A stretch of 63,969 bases of DNA, the filler included, from Octopus bimaculoides (lineage: Eukaryota), in the NCBI RefSeq assembly GCF_001194135.2. It is 4 parts of 4 records of this genome, joined end to end, with 100 filler letters (N's around TTAATTAATTAA, not from the genome) between each part and the next. Parts side by side here need not be neighbours in the genome. Positions count along the whole stretch, not along the records: positions 22,318 to 41,180 come from NC_068986.1; positions 41,281 to 58,535 come from NC_068990.1; 2 more parts are not named here. One strand, given 5' to 3'. The notes beneath the pieces are model-generated. The model did not search any database and had not been told where the DNA came from. It saw only the letters and a program-made list of their open reading frames with translations. This document shows positions 38,313-48,883 of the stretch, one piece after another. A program made the translations under genes and the position numbers. Numbering within the stretch: the stretch's first letter is position 1; each line of letters begins with the position of its first letter.

Positions 38313-40539
38313 AAGAAGAAGGGTTGCAAATAACAAACAAAATCGTCGAGTATAACCAAAATACCAGCGCTTTAATTAAGAGGCCAATAACATTAATGAA
38401 ATAAATATACAGTTCTTTAAAGAATTTTTAAAGAGTTCTTTCATTTACCTTTGAAATGTGAAGACTTCTTTTAGTGAGCTTTTCTTTTATTCACCAGTCT
38501 AATGATTTATTTTTTATCTCTTATTTTTCTTCTCTTTTTTTCCGACTGAATCCTGTTGTAACTTCCGAATTCACGGTACCATTCCGCATTCTTTACTTGC
38601 CAAGTTCACATTATCTTCGCAACAAATTCAAAACCTTGCACCTTGCAGAGTCACCAACTTCACACTCAATACCAAATACTGCGTCAACTGTTCCATACGA
38701 AATTGCCCGGCCTCATCGCTCACACCGACCGCATGGCACCGACTACTATATAAAACTGCTCACATCGGCTTCCAGCATATCACACATCAACGTAGCACAT
38801 CGTCTTCCAATCCAAACTTCGAATCACCTGTTCACATTGGCTTCTAGTGCGAAAAACCCGCCACGTGTCCAAATCGTAGTCTTTATACTTCGCCCACACC
38901 ATAAAAGCGCGCCAAAATCATACTGCTTAAGCTTTAAACAGTCACATGACTGTTTTTCGTCTTCGCTTGCAAAACTAGAGTGCAGTGTTCTAATTCGCGT
39001 CGTACGAATGAGAAATTATCTGAATATAATTTTTTTTCGTTCGTAAAACTATTGAAACGTCCAACTGGCAGAATCTTTGCCAATTCGGTAAAATGTTTAG
39101 CCACATTTCTTCTGGCTCTTTACGTTCTGAGTTCAAATGCAGCTGATGTCAACTTTGTCTGTTATCTTTTCGGGATCGAGAAAATAAAGTACCAAGTGGT
39201 GGGGGTTATTGCAGTGGACTTGCCCACTCACCTCGAAATTTCGGATCTTTTCCTTTTGATCAACAGGTCGAGAATTTTTTTTTTTTTTAACTAAACACTT
39301 TCAAACTTCGAATACTGGTAGAATGTGTCATATAAAACATCTTTTACTCTTAGCGTTGTTGAGAAAAGGTATTTACGAAGTTATTTCGTGTTAAAGTTGT
39401 CTTACGTTGATCAGGTAGAATCGTTAGCAAGCTGAACAAAACACTTAGCGATATTTCTTCCGGTTTTGTATATTCCAGCGAGTTCGTATTCCACCGAGGT
39501 CGATTTTGACTTTGACTTTCAGGGACGATGAAACAAATACCAGTTGAGCAGGAGAGTGGATGTAATCGTCTAGTCCTCTCCCTCAAAGTTTCAGGATCTA
39601 TGACTATAGCAGGAAGGATTATCTCTTCACCTCATAGTTCGATGCACAATCATGGTATCATGGTGAATAAACGAAATATGAGAATGCTTAGCGATGAAGA
39701 TACACTGATCAACTTGATAATCATTGTTGTTTTAGATATCAGCATACTTTATTTTATATCGCTTTTTGTGAACATGAGCGTCGTTGTTTACAGGTTTCCA
39801 TTAAATCATTCATTGATTCACTGCTGCATTTTTGACCGTAACAATGACAAGGAATTGTTTGTGCAACAACAGCGAAACAAATATCACTAGGGGTTTCGAT
39901 CTAAAGTATCTGTTCATTGGTTTTCTAGCTGATGTTTACATCTTTACCCAATATGAATTGGCGAAAGATGTGTGCGTGTGTGTGTGTGTGTGTGTGAACA
40001 GCCATGCACAATGTGTTACCATAAAGGAAAAATATGTCACTAAACGCGACTAAGGGTGTCAAGAAGCCTACACTGCTAGAAATATGAGCTACATTGCTCT
40101 AATGCTGTAGTAAAAAGACATAACTGTATACATATATGCTCTCGGGACTATAATCGTCCAAAAACACCTATTCGAAAATTCGCTATACTGAACGTTCGGT
40201 TTCGGCTCTTTCTGTAGCCTCGTCAATAAGGACTGTTCGTTCGGCTATTTCCGGTCTAAATCGACCGTCAGCATATATGCATTTTTCGTAAAAACTCATG
40301 GATGATCTAGCGGATCGCTAATGTGTATACAAAAATTTATATAAACAACTATGCGCAATGTGTTAGCATTAAGGAAAAATATAAGGATCTTTTCCCTTTC
40401 AACGGCAGATCGAGAAATTAATTTTTGTAACTAAACACTTCCAAACTTCGGACACTGTCACATAAAACATCTTTTACTCTTAGTGTTGTTGAGAAACGAT
40501 TATATTTTCAGAAAGTGATAAGTGCAGAATCTGTGGACA

Positions 40540-41165
40540 AAACGGTGAAACCGTATGGCATATTACCAGCCAATGTACGCCACTAGCCCAGAAGGATTAT
40601 AAGAGACGCCACGACAATATAGCCAGGCTTGTCCATTGGACACTTTGCAATAAGTATGGACTTGACAGAGCAAAAAAGTGGTACGACCACAAACCTGGAG
40701 GCATTGTCGAAAATAGAAATGCATAGATCTTGCGGGATTTTATGTTTCCGTGCGACCATGAAATTGAGAATAGGAAGCCGGACATACTCTTAATTGAGAA
40801 AGAAAACAAACTATGCTGGATCATAGATATAGCATGCCCGGCTGACAAGGTATGCGATAAGGAAGAAAGAGAAGTCGAGAGATATGACAGGTTAGCTTGG
40901 GAAGTTAAGCAGTTGTGGTCGATGAAAAAGGTAGCACTAGTACCAATAATTGTCGGAGGCCTGGGAACAGTGAGCAAAAACTCTCGAGAAGTACGTGGAA
41001 CAAATAGGGGCTGCAATAAGGGTGGAGCACTTGCAGAAAACAGCACTGCTTGGAACCGCTCGAATACTCCGGAAGGTGCTCGAAAAATAAGGTGTTACCT
41101 TAGTTCACTGGTAGTGAACAGCTGACACTGTAGTACGTCTCCAGCGTTAGAAGCTGTGCAAAGGT
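40540..41165 (+). mobile_element. R4/Dong-type LINE 3' end (RLE domain)
   Basis: Contains YKRRHDNIARLVHW, RKPDILLIEKENKLCWIIDIACP and LQKTALLGTARILRKVLEK*, then (AAT)n. Confidence 0.9.
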
Positions 41166-41180
41166 AATAATAATAATAAT

Positions 41181-41280
41181 NNNNNNNNNNNNNNNNNNNN
41201 NNNNNNNNNNNNNNNNNNNNNNNNTTAATTAATTAANNNNNNNNNNNNNNNNNNNNNNNNNNNNNNNNNNNNNNNNNNNN
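41181..41280. other. Artificial scaffold-join spacer
   Basis: N44-TTAATTAATTAA-N44. Confidence 0.9.
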
Positions 41281-43620
41281 GATAAAGGTGTGAGTGCCAA
41301 GCAGAACAGGAGTGGAGAGAGCGTGTCTCCCTGGAATATTCCTCTTCTAATGGTGATGGTTTTGGTTTTCACGAGTCCCTCTTTTGTTCGGAGCTGTATG
41401 ACCGTCTGCCATTTATTCATAGATTGTCTTATGTATTTTATAATTATTGGTGCCACTTTGTTTATGGCTAGTGTTTCGAGGATCCACATGTAGGAAAGAC
41501 TATCAAAAGGCTTTCGGTAGTCGATCCAGGCCATACTGAGGCCTTTCTTCTTTCTGTGGCTGTCTTCAGTTATGGCTTTATTGATCATTAATTGATATTT
41601 TCAGCTGTATGAGCCCTTGCAGCATCCCTTCTGCTCTTCTGGAAACAGGTTGTTTTCTCCCAGGTGCTTACTCAATCTTTGAGATATTATTGCAGTAAAG
41701 GCTTTGTAGATTGTAAGGAGACAGGTTACAGGTCTGTAGTTTTGTGGTTTTGCCGTTTCCGTGGATTTGTGAATTAGGATGGTTTTTCCTTTTCGTGAGC
41801 CATTCAGGCATTGTCTCTGGTTCTGCTAGTATGTCGTTAAAATTTTCAGCCATCTTTTTGTGCATTGTTGTCGGATACTTTAACCAGAAGTTGGGGATCT
41901 TGTCTTGCCCAGGTGCCTTCCAGTTGCTTAGTCTTTGCAGTGCCTAGGTGACGTCTTCAGTTGTTATAGAGGTCCAGAGTTGCTCAGGTGGTAAGTTCGT
42001 TGTTTTAATAGTCCTTTACTGAAATTGTTGCTTCACCGACCATATTTCTTCCAGTTCTTCTGCTGTTGGTGCTGCAGTAATGTCTATTTTATTTTTGCCC
42101 AGTTCTTGGTAGAATTTGTTGGGGTTGGATTTGAACTGTTTGTTTTGTTCAAAGAAACGTTGGCGTTTCTCATATCGGCGGATCCTTTGTGCTTTGGCAA
42201 GGATATCTTGCTTTAGCTTTTCTTTTGCCTCAGGTAAATGTTATTTCTGTAATGTATTTGTACAGTATTTTTGCTTTCTTCTTGTTACTTAGTAGTGTTG
42301 ATTGTCTACTAATTTCGTTAAGAATAGACAAATCTTTTCTTTCTTTTTATTTTTGTTTTGGATATTATTTACCCACAAGGTTTGTTTGGGTGGTGGTACT
42401 CCTGTGTGGATAGGTTTGAGGGAGTATCCTGCTTCTTTTTTGGCTGCAGTGGCTGCCGCATATATTATGTCATTTAGCTAAGTGATATTGCCATTTGTTT
42501 CTGTAGCTATTAGTTCCGTGACGGCCAGGTTTATGCTATTTATTATTGATGTTGTTTTATTGTCTATTTCAATTTTTGTGAGGTATAATCTGTGGTCCAT
42601 TCTAAGATCTATTGTTTTCAGTTCCTTGATTATTCACATTTTTATAGTATCATAATCATTAGGCTCCCCTACACTGTTTCCAGATTTTAGATTTGTTTCG
42701 CCTTCCTTCTCATTCATATGTTTGTCTGTGGTGTTCTGGATTGGTGCTTTTTGTACATTATTATACATCCCTCCGGTCTGGGTTTGTTGTTTTTGTTTAC
42801 TTCGTTTTTAGTGGGAATGGTACGTTTGTCTTCGTGTTTTACTATCTCAGTGTTTATATTATTTGGCATTGTTGTGTGGCTACTATATATTTTCCTGATG
42901 TATTTTTCCTTTTAATGGTTCTATTTCTATTTCTGATATTATTTGCTTTGAGAATATATCTTCGTATGTTAGCCAGTTTATTAGGGTTCATTGCTGAATC
43001 TAAGTCTTTATTTAGGTTATTTTTCTTCCATATTTTATATGTATGTGTTGCTGAGCTTTCGTTCTTTGGGTAGAGCGTTGCTGTAAAATAAGCGTGGAGG
43101 ATTGAAATATGTTCCTCACGTGTCCATTTATGCCATTTTGGTTTTCTTTTTGCAGGGCATGAGGAACAACGTCCGGTCCTTTATTTTGACGGTCATGATT
43201 TTCGTAGGGTACCGGTCTGTTCATTTCTGTTGTCAAATTGTTTTGCACGTGTAGTTTTTCGTACGTTTTGTGTAACAAGTTTAAAGTACGCACTTCCCGA
43301 TTGTTATTCTTGGGTTGAATAATACCGGTATTTTAAAAATTTATTTGTAATTTTTTTATACATGGTGTTTGGGGCCGGAAATGGTTTGGTAAGCGTGTTT
43401 ACATGTGCTCTGCGAGCAGTGGAGATGATATCCAGTTAAAATACATCATTCCATTTGCAAAATAGAAATAAATTTCAATGAGTATTACTTTCTCGGATAT
43501 AGTCCAACCCTCTATCAGCTAATTTTGGCTACATGCGATGTTTTTATTTCCGATGTTTTTGGATAAAAATTTCGGAGCAGTGTTTCATCGCTCTCACATG
43601 TTAAACGTCCCCGGTGTTCT
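41281..43620 (-). mobile_element. R4/Dong-type LINE, 5' half including RT domains 0-4
   Basis: Contains NWKAPGQDKIPNFWLK, NYRPVTCL, AWIDYRKPFDS and RRGIFQGDTLSPLLFCLAL; starts directly after (AAT)n. Confidence 0.9.
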
Positions 43621-43623
43621 CTG

Positions 43624-43671
<48 letters not shown>

Positions 43672-44198
43672 GTTCAGTAGTTTTATTTTTATAACGTGCT
43701 TTCACTTCACTACCGAGNNNNNNNNNNNNNNNNNNNNNNNNNNNNNNNNNNNNNNNNNNNNNNNNNNNNNNNNNNNNNNNNNNNNNNNNNNNNNNNNNNN
43801 NNNNNNNNNNNNNNNNNNNNNNNNNNNNNNNNNNNNNNNNNNNNNNNNNNNNNNNNNNNNNNNNNNNNNNNNNNNNNNNNNNNNNNNNNNNNNNNNNNNN
43901 NNNNNNNNNNNNNNNNNNNNNNNNNNNNNNNNNNNNNNNNNNNNNNNNNNNNNNNNNNNNNNNNNNNNNNNNNNNNNNNNNNNNNNNNNNNNNNNNNNNN
44001 NNNNNNNNNNNNNNNNNNNNNNNNNNNNNNNNNNNNNNNNNNNNNNNNNNNNNNNNNNNNNNNNNNNNNNNNNNNNNNNNNNNNNNNNNNNNNNNNNNNN
44101 NNNNNNNNNNNNNNNNNNNNNNNNTCCAGTGTATATAGGTCCCAGCTCTGTCGTGTCTGTGAATATATTCCTTCTTAGCCAGGACTGGGCAGCCAGAG

Positions 44199-44251
<53 letters not shown>

Positions 44252-44253
<2 letters not shown>

Positions 44254-44864
44254 CTTCGTATCACAGTGTAGGTAAAAATGCACTGGAGTCTGTAGTCATC
44301 TGTCAAGTCACAACATGGACCTCAGGCAGATAATACTTTCCTTAAGATGTGCGCTGTACACAATAAAGCTGCTTTTTGCAAGACATCAATCTTGCATGAG
44401 ATTTTCAGTTGCATTAAGAAGTCTCGAAGTTTCATTGGGGCTGAGCCCAACGCTCCGATCACCACTGGTATCACTTTTACATCGCATTCCATACAGTCTT
44501 GACATCTCCACTTTCAATTTAGAGTACTTGGTGATTTTTTTCAACCTCTTTACTCACGACATTATTTGTCTCACTTACTCAATATGGCAATGCCCGGCCT
44601 ACAGTGTTCGATTATACGATCTGTCTGAAAATCATAGTCCCAGAGTATCGTTACACTTCCATCCTCCTGCATAACTTTACTTGGTACATGCTTACACCAG
44701 TTCTCTGTTACTTCATATTGGTTTATTACGGCATAAGAGCCAATGAAGATACACACACATTTTATCGTGGCGGCGCTTGTATTTTTTTTGTGCAAGGTTC
44801 TCACATCCACTTACCAAGTGGGACACATTTTCGACACACTTTCCACAGTCTGCATTTCTGGGTG

Positions 44865-44870
<6 letters not shown>
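44252..44870 (-). mobile_element. R4/Dong-type LINE 3' end between (TAA)n tracts
   Basis: ILWDYDFQTDRIIEHCRPGI; the 3'UTR is similar to that of 25830-26430. Confidence 0.8.
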
Positions 44871-44925
<55 letters not shown>

Positions 44926-45139
44926 CTTCTTTCAATTCTGTTTCCATTTCTTGCCGAGTGTGTTCCTGACACCTAGGGCAGAGAAATACACTGTATGCAT
45001 TAGTTGGTCATTAAAATCGACAAACCAGATTGTTTATTTACAAAGTCATGTGATAGAGCAAAAAGTGGAAGAAAGACTGAGAAAATGGAAAAATAAAAAA
45101 ATGAAAAAGTAAACAAAGAAAGTAAAGGGTGAAACAGGA

Positions 45140-46658
45140 AAGAAAATTCACAGTGACAATGCTCTTCTCAATACGTGTGATATACCAGTCAAGACAATGT
45201 TTTGCGCTTCATGCACGCATGGTAAGCCAGGGAACATTCTTAAATAATTTTCATTTCCCCTTTTGATCATTCCAAGTGCTCTTACAATCACTAGTATCAT
45301 AACCGTCTTGAGTTGCCATATCTTTTCGATTTTAACCATAAATCTTGATATTTTCTGAGCTTATCAAATTCTTTTGTCGAGATATTATGGTCACAGGGTA
45401 TGCTCATGTCAATCAATAAGCAGACTTTATTGTTTTGGTCTTTCAGAACAATATCTGGTTTATTTGCTTTGATGGCCCGGTCTGTACATACTAAAGAATC
45501 ATTACATTTTCTACCTCAGTTACAGCCTCAAAGTGGTGCTTGTACTATTTGTCAGCAGTTTTGATTTTATAATGCCGGCACATTATCCAATGTAGATATT
45601 GGCCAACATTGTAATGTCTTGATTTGTACTTTAAAGGTACTAAAACCTTACACTAAGAGATTAGGTGGTCGACTGTTTCAATCCCATCATTGCAGTATCG
45701 GCACTTTTGGTCTACACTATTTTTCATGAACTTGGCTCGATAGTTCCTGGTCAATAAGCTCTGATCTTGAGCAGCCAAGAGAAAGCCTTCACTCTTTGCC
45801 TTTAGCTCTGAGCTCCGTAGCCACTGATGGGTGTGCTTCTGGTCTACATCAGCTTCTTTGGTACGGGCCACATATTTGCCATGCAGAGGTTTTTCTTGTC
45901 ACCCATCAGCCAATTGTTAAAACGTATTTTGCTTTGCCATTGATTTCACTTTGTTTGCAACTACAGTTTATACACGCTGCTCAACCTGAGTATTATTCAA
46001 ACTCGCTTGAAAATATTTTGCTCCTCTTCATAAGAGAATGAAACTTCTTACGTCTTTAGAATCCAATCATTAGACTTTCAAAATAATTTCTCCGTCTAAT
46101 TGTGGTGGTTTTGTAAGAGATTTCAAATTGGGCCAAGCCTCGACCTCCGTGAGCTCTGGGTAGGTAAAGACGATCTGCGTCTGCCTTTGGGTGGTGCATC
46201 TTATTGCAAGTCAACAGCTTACGGATTTTCCTGTCAATCTTCCTTATTTCGCTCATATTCCACATTGAAACTGTAAATAACAACAGGAAATGCTAAAGAA
46301 GTTATAGCTAACACCTTGTTACGTGCACTTAACTCAGATTTTAGGACTGCTTGAACTCTCCTGTAACATTCCTTCCCGATCTTCTCTTATATGCTTGCAT
46401 GCTGAATGCCAGAGTCCTCATTTATTCCGAAGTATTTGTAAGTGTGTTCCTGCTCGAGTTCTTTTATGACACCACTGAATGTGAGGTCTTCACTTTCCCT
46501 TTCTGGAAAGTGACCTTGGCACATTTATCAAGACCGAATTCCACCCGCATGTCATCACTGTATACTTTCACAGTATGTAGATGTCCTTCAAGCTAATTAT
46601 CGTCTTTGCCATAGAAATTTAAGTCATCCGTATTGAATAGATGACTTATGTTCTTATG
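45140..46658 (-). mobile_element. R4/Dong-type LINE, downstream part of an interrupted copy
   Basis: Runs from SHLFNTDDLNFY through HHPKADADRLYLPR..GGRGL, FLLAAQDQ and CRYC..IETVDHLIS to VLRRALSL*. Confidence 0.9.
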
Positions 46659-46798
46659 GTATGTTGTCAACTTAATGTGACAGGCCCATGAAATGGAAGA
46701 ATGCTACTGCTATTTAGCACCAGGAAACACCGTTTCCAACTGGCTATGACACATTTTCTGTGTCCTTATGTTATCAAAGGGGAGATAAGCACCTCCAT

Positions 46799-46873
46799 CC
46801 AGCAAAGCCAACGTCCAGAGACTAGTTTCAGAGTCATTGCTCATCCTCAGTTTGGAGTAGCATGGCATGCTAG
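46799..46873 (-). ncRNA. Type I hammerhead ribozyme (GUC site)
   Basis: tccaaa-CTGAGGA-T-GAG-caatga-CTC-T-GAAA-CTAG-TC-tctgga, with an extended bulged stem I. Confidence 0.8.
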
Positions 46874-47199
46874 ATGAATTTTTTATTACGACCTTAAAGA
46901 TCAATACATAGTTGGGACAGCACAGGAGAAGACATAAAAAATGTGATGTGTTCGAATGATACCTATTATTTAAAAATATTGACGATGAAATAGTCTTTTT
47001 CTATATGAGTAAGGGATATGCCCTGTTGCCTCAAAGGCCCAGCGGCTATCTCCTTCCTTTTATTTCCCCCTCTTTTCCAAAGCCGATTAAGCCAGGACCC
47101 TTGCACCTACATTTCTTAACACAGATTTCCATCTTTCCTCAAACACACTTTTCGACAGGGTTCTTCTCTCCAGCCCTATCATGCTCTTCAGATGATATC

Positions 47200-48290
47200 T
47201 GAAGTATTGTAGCAAACCAGGGCCAGAAATGAAAGACCCTGTCACGAATCCTTGCATCCTAGTCTTCCACACACATAAAATTATGGATGAGATTGTGATA
47301 CCGGAGGACGTCAAACTACGAGTGGTAGTGGAGGGAAGGCCTCCCATTCGCTACCACTGTGGAGTACGGGGTCACATGCAAGCGAGGTGTCCCCAGAAGC
47401 AAGAAGTGGAACAGGAGGTAGAACAGGAGGAGGTGGAGCAACGTGTGGTGGCGCATGGCCAGGTAAAGGAAGTGGTGGAAGCAGTAAAAGCGAAATACCC
47501 AATCGGAAAGGGAAAGTAGGAAAGGGAGGAAAATGCATTATCGCCTCCAAAAAGCCCACAAAAAAAGAGGAAAGGCAATTTGGAGGAGATGCAGATAGAA
47601 GGCGCAGAAGGAACAAAAAAGAAAATTGCAGAAGAGAGAACAAATAGAAAAGAAAGTATTCAGAAAGGAAAGGAAACAACATGGTAGAGCGGGAGTCAGA
47701 TGGACACACAAGTACAAGGAACATCGGGAGAGAGTTGAGATGGAAAGTGGAAAGAAGTGGCGAAAAGAAGAAATGTGAGGAGGATGATGGAATACAAGAG
47801 GAGTATAGAGATAGAGAAATGGATTACAAAGATGAAAAATGTCATAAGAGGATTACGAAGATGAAAAATGTCATAAGATAACGGAAAGTGAGGGAAATGA
47901 ACATACAGAGGACGACAAGGTGGTTTTGCTGGAAAGTGATAGAGCGGATAAATTGAAAGAATTGTTTGGTGAGCAGATGGATTTAACGGCGTTGTGGTGG
48001 CATTCGAAGACATTGTGCAATACTTTGTCGATGAAAATAGTAAGTAAAATTTGTAAAATTAAAATGTTTTTTTAAAAAAATGTACCATAAACTGTACACG
48101 AACATGAACTGCATAAACAGTTAAATGACACTGTTTGCGTATGGGGTGCGAATAAGACATTTCATTTTTCTCATTATATCACTATATTCATATCCATTCG
48201 ATTTTCGTTTTATGTACCCCACTGTATTGTGTTGTTTGTCTTTGTTCGTCCCATCTTTCTAAGAGCTATATGCTTATAATAAAGAAAAAA
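47200..48290 (+). mobile_element. Internally deleted L1/Tx1-type LINE (ORF1 knuckle and 3'UTR)
   Basis: VVVEGRPPIRYHCGVRGHMQARCP is a degenerate CCHC knuckle; ends AATAAAGAAAAAA. Confidence 0.6.
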
Positions 48291-48606
48291 CGCCTTTTTC
48301 ATCTGCGACCAGTTGTTGCCTACGGTATGTAAATTCGTTTCCTGTTCTGTTATTGCGAATGTTTGTTATATTTGAATTGAAAATTCTATTGGAATTTGAA
48401 TTTTTGTCCTGTGGAAAACAGTAATTTTCGCCCTATGGGGTAGAAAATTTCTGTAAATTTATTGAACTGTGATTTTGTGAAGACACTTTCTGAAAATTTT
48501 TATGTCATTTATGACCAACGAAGTTATGGACACTCAACCAGCCGTCAGCTATGCTACAGCAGCAGAAGGAGTGTAAATAGCTATATGCTCATAGTAAAGA
48601 ATAAAA

Positions 48607-48681
48607 CTAGCAAGCCATGCTACTCCAGACTGATGATGAGCAATAACTCTGAAACTAGTTTCTGGATGCTGGCTTTGCTGG
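48607..48681 (+). ncRNA. Type I hammerhead ribozyme (GUU site)
   Basis: tccaga-CTGATGA-T-GAG-caataa-CTC-T-GAAA-CTAG-TT-tctgga; stem I extends as CTAGCAAGCCATGC / GCTGGCTTTGCTGG. Confidence 0.8.
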
Positions 48682-48883
48682 GTGGAGGTGCTTATTTTCT
48701 TTTTGAAAACATAAGGACACAGAAAATGTGTCAGGGTCAGCTGGAAACGGTGTTTCTTGGGGCTAAATTGCAGTAGCATTCTTCCCTTTCATTGGACTGT
48801 CACATTAAGATGACAACATACCATCACTTTATCGTGCGGCTACTGTATTAATTTCTCTGAGAGATTTAGAAATGTAATATTTC

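Larger units (their letters stand above)
46659..48883. mobile_element. Composite insertion with hammerhead-bearing inverted termini
   Basis: Inverted arms at about 46659-46890 and 48592-48821; flanked by TATGTTCTTATG / TATTTTCCTATG; removing it restores the host RT frame. Confidence 0.75.
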
